Assembly: GCA_041649715.1 (NCBI GenBank)
Contig: JBAZMP010000002.1
Coordinates: 68,964 to 132,963, forward strand
Length of the DNA stretch: 64,000 nucleotides
Reading direction: 5' to 3'
Source: Patescibacteria group bacterium
GTDB lineage: Bacteria; Patescibacteriota; Patescibacteriia; JAXHNJ01
Shown: in pieces, positions 49,734-58,664 of the stretch
Position numbering within the stretch: the stretch's first letter is position 1
How the letters are laid out: each line of letters starts with the position of its first letter
Translations under genes and position numbers: made by a program
Notes under the pieces: generated by a model
What the model was told of the DNA's origin: nothing
The model's database searches: none
What the model saw: only the letters and a program-made list of their open reading frames with translations

Positions 49734-50209
49734 ATATAATAATTATGCTTTATAATTAATAAAATAATATGAGTGATTTACAACTCATTCTGGGTTGGGG
49801 TTCGCCCATCGGTATCGGAATATTCCTGGCTTTACTCGGTTTGATGATTTTCCTTCTTTCCCGGGCGGGTAAAGAAAAGAAAAAAGAATAAAGGACATCC
49901 CATCATGAATTTTTAGGGTGATTTCGGCTTGTTTTATTCTATCCAAATTATGATATAATAAAATCATGAGAGGGGAATACAAATTAGACTGTGGATAATT
50001 CGGGGGGCGCTTTGTAAAAAGCGCTTTTTTCGTTCTTTTCAACGTCGCGACAGGAGGTTATCGTCAAACTCAACGGAAAAAAAGGAATTCTTTCGGTTTC
50101 CATCACGGACCGGAGTGTCAGAATCAACGGCGAGGTTTTTCACGCCATTAACGGACACAAGAAGCCTGACTATACGTTCGAGGGTGTTCGTTACGACAAT
50201 GACGAAGAG

Positions 50210-50554
50210 ATGAAAATCGCCCAGATGCTTTTCGAAATGGGCATTTCTTTTCTTCACCACGTGGAGTTTGAATTCAGAAGCCTTGGCAATGGCGGTAAGC
50301 ATGCCATTTGGTGTCCGGATTTTGTCTTCGGCCAGCCCCTTCGCTGGACCGGCGAAAAATGCAACGGTTCGGTCATCATCGGTTTGGAGGTCAAGCGCTC
50401 GCACGTTAAGGGTAAACCTCTTTCCCGATCACGCTCGCTGCTGGCGGACAAGGGCATCCCTATCTTGCTCGTTGACCGCGATACGGTAGTCCGATATTTC
50501 CAAGAGGGAAAGAAACTTCCCCTAAAGCCAGTCAGAATGACTAACGCGGCTTGA
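50210..50554 (+). CDS. PD-(D/E)xK nuclease-fold protein (Vsr/DUF559-like); the start codon is uncertain
   Basis: ...CPDFVF...GSVIIGLEVKRSH...ILLVDRD... gives a D...E-x-K core. The frame is open for about 178 codons from 50011, but the first ATG, GTG or TTG is at 50210. Confidence 0.4.
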   Translation: MKIAQMLFEMGISFLHHVEFEFRSLGNGGKHAIWCPDFVFGQPLRWTGEKCNGSVIIGLEVKRSHVKGKPLSRSRSLLADKGIPILLVDRDTVVRYFQEGKKLPLKPVRMTNAA

Positions 50555-50638
50555 AGCCGATAGCCCCGTCAGGACCGGAAATGACGGGGCTTTTTCTTGC
50601 TTGAAAATTACCCTTTTTCGGTATAGGATAATGGATGT

Positions 50639-51049
50639 ATGGCAAAAATAAAAGAACTTATTTATTCGACAAAAAAGCAATTTGAATTGATTAATATTAC
50701 GGCTGAAGTAAACAAATTCGTGGCTGATTCGCGGGTTTTGGAAGGAGCGTGCTTCGTCTTTAGTTTGCACGCGACAGCCAGTCTATACCTGAACGAGAAT
50801 GAGCCGGGGGTCAAAGAAGATATATTGCAGGGTATACTTTCCCTGGCGCCGGAAAGCAAAGATTATAAACATAATGTTATTGATGGCAACGCCCGGGCCC
50901 ATATCCTGGCGGCCATTGTCGGTTCTCACTTAACTTTGCCTGTCATTGGTGGTAAATTAGCTTTAGGCACCTGGCAGGAGATATTTTTTGTGGAGCTGGA
51001 CGGGCCCCGGCCGGCTCGCAAAGTAATTATAAAAATTATTGAAGGTTGA
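50639..51049 (+). CDS. YjbQ/UPF0047 family protein (secondary thiamine-phosphate synthase-like)
   Basis: 136 aa with ...CFVFSLHATASLYLNENE...HILAAIVG. Confidence 0.75.
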   Translation: MAKIKELIYSTKKQFELINITAEVNKFVADSRVLEGACFVFSLHATASLYLNENEPGVKEDILQGILSLAPESKDYKHNVIDGNARAHILAAIVGSHLTLPVIGGKLALGTWQEIFFVELDGPRPARKVIIKIIEG

Positions 51050-51061
51050 TTAATTTAATAT

Positions 51062-51814
51062 ATGGAAATAGGGGTTAGCACTTTCGTAAAAACTGGGAAA
51101 AATTATCTGGAAAGGTTTAAAGATTTAGTTAACCTTGGTTTTAAAAACATTGAATTTTATAACAGTGAGACAAGGATCAGGACCGTGGATCTTTCTTTCT
51201 TGAAAAAAATAAAAAGAAAGAAACATCTGAACTATTCGTTGCATTCCATGGTTCAGGATTTGTTTTGTGCGGATAAGTCAATCGCCGAGGCGGAATATTA
51301 TTGTTTAAAAGGTGAAATCCATGCGGCTTCACTTATAGGTTGTTCAAGAGTGATATTCCATATCGCAAAAAAAACTGCTTTATCGGTTAAAGAAAAAAGT
51401 CAATTGTCCGCCTTAATTATTTGGGCGCGTAAACAGTCAATTAAACTTTGTCTAGAAAATAATCATTCTGTCGGCGCGTTTAGCGGTGCTTATCTGATGC
51501 AAATCAAAAGTATTTTTCCGTCATTATACTTTTGCCTCGACATCGGTCATCTGAACATTGTTTTAAATAGAAGAGAAGGCATTGATATGAATAAATTTTT
51601 GTCAGCGCTTAAGAACAAAATTTTGGAATTACACATTAACAGTAATAATGGTCTTCGCGATCAACATCTCGCGTTAGGGAAAAAAACTGAAAAATATTTC
51701 ATGGATATTCTTAAATCTTTGAATAATAAAAATATAGCCGTAATTATTGAGACTAGGGATATTAAGCAAGCTTTAAGAACAAGAAATTTCATAAAAAGTA
51801 TTGAAGGGAGGTGA
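51062..51814 (+). CDS. xylose-isomerase-like TIM-barrel protein (sugar-phosphate isomerase/epimerase or AP-endonuclease-2 superfamily)
   Basis: 250 aa with metal-ligand motifs LCLENN, CLDIGHLN and HINSNNG..DQH. Confidence 0.65.
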   Translation: MEIGVSTFVKTGKNYLERFKDLVNLGFKNIEFYNSETRIRTVDLSFLKKIKRKKHLNYSLHSMVQDLFCADKSIAEAEYYCLKGEIHAASLIGCSRVIFHIAKKTALSVKEKSQLSALIIWARKQSIKLCLENNHSVGAFSGAYLMQIKSIFPSLYFCLDIGHLNIVLNRREGIDMNKFLSALKNKILELHINSNNGLRDQHLALGKKTEKYFMDILKSLNNKNIAVIIETRDIKQALRTRNFIKSIEGR

Positions 51815-52080
51815 AAACAATGGCGGAAGAAAAATTAATCGGAAAAGTCACTCATTTTTTCAGTAAAATCAGCGTGGCCGTTTTGAACTTGTCAGAAGAT
51901 AATTTGAAAGTAGGCGAAAAAATTCATTTTAAGGGTGGCGATCGCGATTTTGAACAGACAGTCACTTCCATGCAGGTTGAGCACGAGGATATCGCGGAAG
52001 CGAAAAAGGGCGATGACGTGGGTTTAAAAACCGATGCCCCGGTCAGAGAAGACGATCAGGTTTTTAAGGTTATTGAATAG
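51811..52080 (+). CDS. small beta-barrel protein, EF-Tu domain-2-like
   Basis: 89 aa, ...GKVTHFFSKISVAVLNL...GEKIHFKG. Confidence 0.45.
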   Translation: MKTMAEEKLIGKVTHFFSKISVAVLNLSEDNLKVGEKIHFKGGDRDFEQTVTSMQVEHEDIAEAKKGDDVGLKTDAPVREDDQVFKVIE

Positions 52081-52098
52081 ATCAAAGATTTTCGACAT

Positions 52099-52494
52099 AT
52101 GAGGAAAATAATTTTTATTTTTCTTTTGTTTATCTTGGCGATAACAGTTTCTGCCTGCGGGAAAAAGACCGTGAGCCAGAATACAAATTCTTCGGGTTTG
52201 GTCGATATTGCGACGGGCGCGGCCGATGTCAAGATAAAGGAAAGCGCGGAGAAGAATTTAGCCATCGCCGAAGCGAGAGACATTTATAGAGTGAAAAAAG
52301 AACAAGGTGAGGACCTATCAGCCGGACCCTGTCTTTCTAATGACCTGATTGAAGATTGGGTTTTGGATATCGCGCATAATCCCCGCCAAGACGTGGATAA
52401 TGAACCGGCCAATCAATGCGAGGCTTACCGGAACGGTCAGGCCCATCATTTTGTCGAGTTTGATCTGGATGGGAATTTGATTAGGGCGGAGTGA
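52099..52494 (+). CDS. lipoprotein
   Basis: Signal peptide with a lipobox (LAITVSAC-GKK). Confidence 0.6.
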   Translation: MRKIIFIFLLFILAITVSACGKKTVSQNTNSSGLVDIATGAADVKIKESAEKNLAIAEARDIYRVKKEQGEDLSAGPCLSNDLIEDWVLDIAHNPRQDVDNEPANQCEAYRNGQAHHFVEFDLDGNLIRAE

Positions 52495-52528
52495 TTAAGA
52501 TATTGAGCGATTAAGATATAATTAGAAA
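52492..52528. repeat. 8-bp-periodic tandem repeat array (about four units)
   Basis: tgattaag atattgag cgattaag atataatt. Confidence 0.5.
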
Positions 52529-52571
52529 ATACAGAGCGGGTTTTCCAACCCGCGATGGGAAAATTATTTAA

Positions 52572-53030
52572 ATGAGCCTAAAAAAATATCAGCAAAAAAG
52601 AAAATTTGCCAAAACGCCGGAACCTAAGGGCAAGGAGATAAAAAAATCCTTAAGCCGTTTTGTCATTCACAAGCATCGGGCGAGTCACCTGCATTGGGAT
52701 TTACGCCTGGAGTTGGACGGCGTCTTGAAATCCTGGGCGGTGCCTAAAGAGCCGCCGGTTAAAACGGGTATCAAGCGTTTGGCGGTAAGAGTGGAAGATC
52801 ATCCCGTGGGTTACATTGATTTCAAGGGCACGATTCCAAAAGGCAATTACGGCGCCGGCCAGGTGGAGATTTGGGACCAGGGAAAATTTTCTTTATTAAA
52901 CCGTTCTATAAACGAAATAAGTTTCTTACTTTCAGGCCGGCGCCTCAAGGGCCGATATCTGTTGATTAAGCCCAAAGGGAGCCGTTTCGGCCGGAAAGCA
53001 TGGTTATTTTTTAAACGCGAGAACAAATGA
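52572..53030 (+). CDS. stand-alone LigD-type 3'-phosphoesterase (PE) domain protein
   Basis: FVIHKHRASHLHWDLRLELDGVLKSWAVPKEPP...RLAVRVEDHPVGYIDFKGTIPKGNYGAGQVEIWDQGKF closely parallels the LigD PE signature. Confidence 0.8.
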   Translation: MSLKKYQQKRKFAKTPEPKGKEIKKSLSRFVIHKHRASHLHWDLRLELDGVLKSWAVPKEPPVKTGIKRLAVRVEDHPVGYIDFKGTIPKGNYGAGQVEIWDQGKFSLLNRSINEISFLLSGRRLKGRYLLIKPKGSRFGRKAWLFFKRENK

Positions 53031-53332
53031 TATTGGTCTACGTTATTTGCAAAGATATTAAAGAGGGGCGTAAAGTCGGTTTCGCCTTGCTAAAAAATAA
53101 GCTAGTCGCTTGTTATAATTTATGGCCGATTGAATCGGCCTGTCGATGGCAGAGCAAAATAGCAAAAAATAAAGAAGCGGCCTTATTATTAAAAACCGTC
53201 GCTAAAAATTACCCGTCTATCGAAAAGCTGGTCAAAAAATGCCACTCTTATCAAGTACCCTGTATTTTTTCCATAAAACCTGATAGAATAGAAAAACATT
53301 ACATTCAGTGGCTAAAAACGGTGACCAAATAA
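53027..53332 (+). CDS. cutA: divalent-cation tolerance protein CutA
   Basis: 101 aa with ...LVACYNLWPIESACRWQSKI...ALLLKTVAKNYPSIEKLVKKCHSYQVP. Confidence 0.75.
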   Translation: MILVYVICKDIKEGRKVGFALLKNKLVACYNLWPIESACRWQSKIAKNKEAALLLKTVAKNYPSIEKLVKKCHSYQVPCIFSIKPDRIEKHYIQWLKTVTK

Positions 53333-53335
53333 ATC

Positions 53336-53602
53336 ATGGTTTTTTATAAACGGGACAAAACAACACAAAAATTAGTCTTAGTGGGCGTGCGGCAGGTGAA
53401 TGGAAATATTATGGCTATTGAGTATCTGCAAAATTCCGATCCGAAATATATTGACGGGCTTTTTTTCTTTGCGAAGCGTTACGGCCGGGCGACTTTTGAA
53501 TGGGAGGGGGATGTTTATGAGATCATCCGCAATAGAAACATAACCTATACTGTAAATAAACTGGGGAGTGAGGTCGAGAAAGAAATAATGGAATTTCGAT
53601 GA
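53336..53602 (+). CDS. hypothetical protein
   Basis: 88-aa ORF, translationally coupled. Confidence 0.45.
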   Translation: MVFYKRDKTTQKLVLVGVRQVNGNIMAIEYLQNSDPKYIDGLFFFAKRYGRATFEWEGDVYEIIRNRNITYTVNKLGSEVEKEIMEFR

Positions 53603-54918
53603 AATCTTTCTTAAAAAAAATCATACCTCGGTTTATCATCCTTTTCTACCATCGATGCTTGGCCCGACTGGCGGTTTTTTTATACCGGAATCCTTCAAAC
53701 AAGCTGGTCGTGATCGGCGTAACGGGCACCAACGGCAAATCCACGGTGGCTAATTTCATCAGCTTGATTTTGGCGGAGGCGGGTTTTAAGGTTGGTTTGA
53801 CCTCGACCTATAATTTCAGGATCGGTCAACAAGAATGGCTGAATAACAAAAAAATGACGATGCTCGGTCGCCTGGCCCTGCAGCGGTTCTTGGCCCGGCT
53901 GCATAAAGCCGGGTGTCAGTATGCGGTGATCGAAACCTCTTCAGAAGGAATAATGCAGTCGCGTCATCTGGGCATTAATTATGATATCGCGGTCTTTACC
54001 AACCTGACGCCTGAACATATCGAAGCGCACGGCAATTTCGAGAATTACAAAAAAGCCAAGGGCAAATTATTCAAACACTTGACCCAAAGAAAAAGAAAAA
54101 AGATCAACGGAAAGATCATTGATAAGATTTCCGTCGTTAATCTTGATGACCCGCACGCCGATTTTTTTATTTCTTTTCCGGCGGACAAAAAATACAGTTA
54201 CAGTCTTAAAAATAAAAGCGGAGACCAGGAAGTTAAAACAATCCGGGCGGAAAACGTTTCAGTTAAAAAAGAGGGAAGCAGATTTCATGTCGGCGGCCAG
54301 GAATTTATATTGCCCATGTTGGGCGAACACAATATTTATAACGCCCTGGCGGCTTTGACCGTCGGTCTTTCGCAAGACATTTCTTTGGTTAAGGCGAAAA
54401 CAGCTTTAGAAAAAGTAAAAAGTTTGCCCGGCCGCTTAGAATTTATCAGGGAGGGGCAGAATTTTACGATTATCGTTGATTATGCCCCGGAAGTCGTTTC
54501 CTTGAACAAGCTTTACGAGGTCGTAAAATTATTTGATAAAAATAAGATTATTCATGTCTTGGGTTCTTGCGGTGGCGGAAGGGACAAGGCGAGACGGCCG
54601 ATTTTGGGCGAAATCGCCGGCCAAAAAGCGGATCTGGTTATCGTGACCAACGAAGATCCGTATGACGAAGACCCGATGGCCATTATTGATTCGGTCGCCG
54701 CCGGCGCGGAAAAAACGGGGAAGATAAGGGGGCAAAACCTATTTACCGTATTAGATAGGCGTGAGGCAATCAAGCTTGCCCTACAAAAGGCAAGAGCCGG
54801 CGACCTGGTCTTACTGACCGGTAAGGGAGCGGAACAGGCTATTTGCGTGGCGGGTGGCAAAAAAATTCCCTGGGACGAGAGAACGGCGGTTAAAGAAATA
54901 TTGTCTGAATCGGCATAA
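53599..54918 (+). CDS. Mur ligase family protein (MurE/MurT-like)
   Basis: P-loop VIGVTGTNGKST near the N-terminus, and a Mur ligase central and C-terminal domain (DDPHAD; LPGRLE). Confidence 0.65.
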   Translation: MKSFLKKIIPRFIILFYHRCLARLAVFLYRNPSNKLVVIGVTGTNGKSTVANFISLILAEAGFKVGLTSTYNFRIGQQEWLNNKKMTMLGRLALQRFLARLHKAGCQYAVIETSSEGIMQSRHLGINYDIAVFTNLTPEHIEAHGNFENYKKAKGKLFKHLTQRKRKKINGKIIDKISVVNLDDPHADFFISFPADKKYSYSLKNKSGDQEVKTIRAENVSVKKEGSRFHVGGQEFILPMLGEHNIYNALAALTVGLSQDISLVKAKTALEKVKSLPGRLEFIREGQNFTIIVDYAPEVVSLNKLYEVVKLFDKNKIIHVLGSCGGGRDKARRPILGEIAGQKADLVIVTNEDPYDEDPMAIIDSVAAGAEKTGKIRGQNLFTVLDRREAIKLALQKARAGDLVLLTGKGAEQAICVAGGKKIPWDERTAVKEILSESA

Positions 54919-55269
54919 ATTGTGGATAAACTGCGTATATTATTTTTTATCAACCACGTATTTATTGGCAAATAAGGATATATTTAGGCTAACTACAGCT
55001 AAATATCCTAATATTGAATGATTTTTCGCTTTTTTACCCTAAAATATTTGACAAGTTAAGCATATTGGGGTATATTTTTTAGTACAGTCTTTTACAATAT
55101 CACTCATTTTATACTATCCATACCAAATATTTAGTCTTCTAACGTTATAACTAAGCCTATTTTTTTAAAATAGGTATTTTAGACTTTAAGGACTTTTTTT
55201 AAAGTCCATTATCCCCTCGCCCCCTGTTTTTTTTAAAAGGGGGGAGTTTACGGGGAAGGAAGTACATTA

Positions 55270-58200
55270 ATGTCGGCCGACTACCAAGGTAGGAAAATTT
55301 TTACTAAACTTCATGAAGCGATCACCTTACCCGATCTTATTGAAGTGCAAAAAAGATCGTACGATTGGTTTTTTCGTGAAGGTTTAAAAGAGCTTTTCGA
55401 AGAAATTTCTCCCATCAAGGATTTTATCGGGAGAGATTTAGAGCTCTATTTTTTGGACTTTTATTTGGATGAGCCGAAGTTTAATGAAGCTCAGGCCAAG
55501 GCCAAAAATGTCACTTTTGAAGCGCCTTTAAGGGTGAAGACGCGTCTGCATAATAAAAAAACCGGCGAGATCAAGGAACAGGAAATTTTCTTGGGTGATT
55601 TTCCCTTAATGACCGATCGTGGAACTTTCGTGGTCAACGGGATTGAAAGAGTGATTGTCTGCCAGCTGATTCGTTCCGCTGGCGTTTTTTTTACTTCCGA
55701 AGTAATCCGCGGTAAAAGATTTTACGGCGCCAAGATTATTCCAAACCGTGGCGCCTGGCTGGAGATCGAAACGGATATGAACAATGTTATCGCCGTTAAG
55801 ATCGACCGCAAAAGAAAAGTGCCGATCACCGCGCTCTTGCGGGCTTTTGGCTATTCTTCGAACGAAGAGATTTTGGCGCTTTTTAAAGATACTGACAATC
55901 ATCCCGTAAATAAATATATTAATTCCACTATTACCAAAGACATTTCCCGTAATGAGAGCGAGGGCTTGAAGGAAGTATACAAGAGAATTAGGCCGGGTGA
56001 TCTGGCGACGGTTGATAACGCTCGCGATTTGATCTATAAAATGTTTTTTTCTTTTGACCGATATGATTTCGGCAAAGTCGGGCGCTACAAACTGAATCAT
56101 CGCTTCGGCTTTAATTTTTCCATGGATAAGCAGCACCGTGTTCTGCAAAAAGAGGATCTGATGGCCATTATCAAAGAAATCATCCGACTTAATAATTCTC
56201 AGAAAGAGGCGGACGATATCGATCATTTGGGCAATCGTCGGGTGCGCGCGATCGGCGAGCTGGTCCAGAATAAATTCCGGGTCGGCCTGGCGCGCATGGA
56301 AAGAATCGTGAAAGACCGGATGAGCACCCAGGATATTTCCACCTTGACGCCCAATCAGCTGATCAACGCGCGACCGGTTATCGGCGTGGTCAAAGAATTT
56401 TTTATGTCTTCCCAGCTTTCTCAGTTTATGGATCAGACCAATCCCTTAGCCGAGTTGGAACACAAGAGAAGGTTGTCCGCCATGGGGCCGGGCGGTTTAT
56501 CCCGCGAGCGGGCGGGTTTTGACGTGCGTGACGTGCATCGCACCCATTATGGCCGCATTTGCCCGATTGCCACGCCGGAGGGTCCCAATATTGGTTTGGT
56601 CGGTCATCTGTCCTCGTATGCCAGGATTAATGATTATGGTTTTATTGAAACTCCGTTCCGCAAAATAAAACATGATCCGGAAAATAAGCCCAGTGAAACA
56701 GTGGGCGAGATCGTACGCGAGGAAATAAAAAATCCTGCCACCGGAGAAATAATCATTAAAAAAGAAGAAAAAATTACCGAAGCGATTGCCATAAAATTAA
56801 GCAAGACCACTTTTAAAACTATTCCCGTAAAACCGCGGGTGACGAAAGAAGTAGAGTATCTGGACGCTTTCACTGAAGAAAAATTTATCACAACGGCGGC
56901 CACCACCCCATATGATGATAACGGTTACTTTTTATCCAATAAAGCCGAGGTGAGAAAATATGGCGAGCCGACCATGGAGTCGGTTGATATGATTGACGTG
57001 ATGGACGTTTCGCCGAAACAAATCGTTTCCATTTCTACCGCTTTGATTCCTTTTTTGGAACATGATGACGCCGTGAGGGCTCTGATGGGCTCAAATATGC
57101 AGCGGCAGGCCGTGCCCTTGGTGGCGCCGGAAGCGCCGGTTGTCGCCACCGGCGTGGAAGCCCGGGCGGCCAAGGATTCAGGGCATGTCATTGTTTGCGA
57201 AAAAGACGGCTTGGTCAAAGAAGTGCAGGGCAGCCAGATCGTCGTTTTGGAAGAAGAAAACAATAATTTAAAAACCTATCTTTTAAGGAATTTCGCTCGC
57301 TCTAACGCTTCAACTTGCATTAATCAGCATCCGATTGTCGATCGCGGCCAAAAAGTCAGAAAAGGCGACGTAATCGCGGACGGAACAGCGACCCAGGGCG
57401 GTGAATTGGCCCTGGGGCAGAATGTCTTGGTGGCTTTTATGCCCTGGGAGGGCGGCAACTACGAAGACGCCGTTTTGATCTCCGAAGATTTAGTGAGAGA
57501 AGATCGGTATACCTCCATTCATATTGAAGATTACGTGGTGGATGTGCGCGACACCAAACTGGGACCCGAGGTGGTGACCCGTGACATTCCCAATGTTTCC
57601 GAGGAAAAATTAAAAGATCTTGATGAAGAAGGAGTGGTGCGCATCGGGGCGAAAGTAACTTCCGGCGATATCTTGGTCGGCAAAATCACGCCGAAAGGCG
57701 AAACAGAATTGTCCGCCGAAGAAAAGTTGCTCCGGGCGATCTTTGGCGAAAAAGCGAAAGACGTGAAAGACAGTTCGCTATATTTGGAGCACGGCGAACA
57801 CGGCAAGGTGGTTGATATCAAAATTTTCTCGCGTGACCGCGGAGACAAACTGCCGGCCGGCGTCATAAAACAAATTCAGGTTTCCGTGGCGCAGCTCAGG
57901 AAGGTCCAGGTCGGCGACAAGATGGCCGGCCGTCACGGCAACAAAGGGGTAATTTCCCGTGTCGTTGCTTTGGAAGATATGCCCTTTTTGGACGACGGGA
58001 CGCCCGTTGATATTATATTAAATCCTTTGGGCATCGCTTCGCGGATGAACTTAGGTCAGGTTTTAGAGACACATCTGGGTTTGGCCGCCAAGCACTTGGG
58101 CTATAAAGTCGCCAGCCCCGCTTTAGATGGCGTGCCGGCGGAAATGATCAAAAAAGAATTGGCCAGGGCCGGTTTTCCGGAAGACGGAAAAGTGACCCTT

Positions 58201-58656
58201 TACGACGGCCAGACCGGTAAAGCCTTTGAACAAAAAGTGACCGTGGGTTATATCTATATGCTGAAGCTTAATCATATGGTGGAGGACAAGATCCACCAGC
58301 GTTCGATCGGACCCTATTCCCTGGTGACTCAGCAACCCTTAGGCGGTAAGGCCCAATTCGGCGGCCAGCGGTTCGGTGAAATGGAAGTCTGGGCCCTGGA
58401 GGCCTATGGCGCCGCTTATACCCTGCAGGAGATTTTGACCATAAAATCCGATGACGTGCCCGGCCGTTCAAAAGCCTACGAATCGGTTATCAAGGGGGAA
58501 GAGATAAAAAAGATCAATGTGCCTGAATCTTTTAACGTCTTAGTCCGGGAATTGAAGGGTTTATGCCTGGACGTGGATTTGATCGGTGAAACACAGCCTC
58601 AAGGCGGCAAGGAGGAAATTTCAAAACCAGAGGGTGATATGACCAATAAACCATAA
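55270..58656 (+). CDS. rpoB: DNA-directed RNA polymerase subunit beta
   Basis: 1128 aa with canonical blocks (FMDQTNPLAELEHKRRLSAMGPGGL; GRHGNKGV; QRFGEMEVWALEAYGA). Confidence 0.97.
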   Translation: MSADYQGRKIFTKLHEAITLPDLIEVQKRSYDWFFREGLKELFEEISPIKDFIGRDLELYFLDFYLDEPKFNEAQAKAKNVTFEAPLRVKTRLHNKKTGEIKEQEIFLGDFPLMTDRGTFVVNGIERVIVCQLIRSAGVFFTSEVIRGKRFYGAKIIPNRGAWLEIETDMNNVIAVKIDRKRKVPITALLRAFGYSSNEEILALFKDTDNHPVNKYINSTITKDISRNESEGLKEVYKRIRPGDLATVDNARDLIYKMFFSFDRYDFGKVGRYKLNHRFGFNFSMDKQHRVLQKEDLMAIIKEIIRLNNSQKEADDIDHLGNRRVRAIGELVQNKFRVGLARMERIVKDRMSTQDISTLTPNQLINARPVIGVVKEFFMSSQLSQFMDQTNPLAELEHKRRLSAMGPGGLSRERAGFDVRDVHRTHYGRICPIATPEGPNIGLVGHLSSYARINDYGFIETPFRKIKHDPENKPSETVGEIVREEIKNPATGEIIIKKEEKITEAIAIKLSKTTFKTIPVKPRVTKEVEYLDAFTEEKFITTAATTPYDDNGYFLSNKAEVRKYGEPTMESVDMIDVMDVSPKQIVSISTALIPFLEHDDAVRALMGSNMQRQAVPLVAPEAPVVATGVEARAAKDSGHVIVCEKDGLVKEVQGSQIVVLEEENNNLKTYLLRNFARSNASTCINQHPIVDRGQKVRKGDVIADGTATQGGELALGQNVLVAFMPWEGGNYEDAVLISEDLVREDRYTSIHIEDYVVDVRDTKLGPEVVTRDIPNVSEEKLKDLDEEGVVRIGAKVTSGDILVGKITPKGETELSAEEKLLRAIFGEKAKDVKDSSLYLEHGEHGKVVDIKIFSRDRGDKLPAGVIKQIQVSVAQLRKVQVGDKMAGRHGNKGVISRVVALEDMPFLDDGTPVDIILNPLGIASRMNLGQVLETHLGLAAKHLGYKVASPALDGVPAEMIKKELARAGFPEDGKVTLYDGQTGKAFEQKVTVGYIYMLKLNHMVEDKIHQRSIGPYSLVTQQPLGGKAQFGGQRFGEMEVWALEAYGAAYTLQEILTIKSDDVPGRSKAYESVIKGEEIKKINVPESFNVLVRELKGLCLDVDLIGETQPQGGKEEISKPEGDMTNKP

Positions 58657-58664
58657 ATTTATAT

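Noticed and set aside
50039-50404. The 121-aa minus-strand ORF.
   Set aside because: It overlaps the plus-strand frame that carries a PD-(D/E)xK core and stays open for about 178 codons. I judged the plus strand more likely to be coding, although this call is uncertain.
54529-54971. Minus-strand ORFs of 68 and 139 aa.
   Set aside because: They are antisense to the Mur ligase gene.
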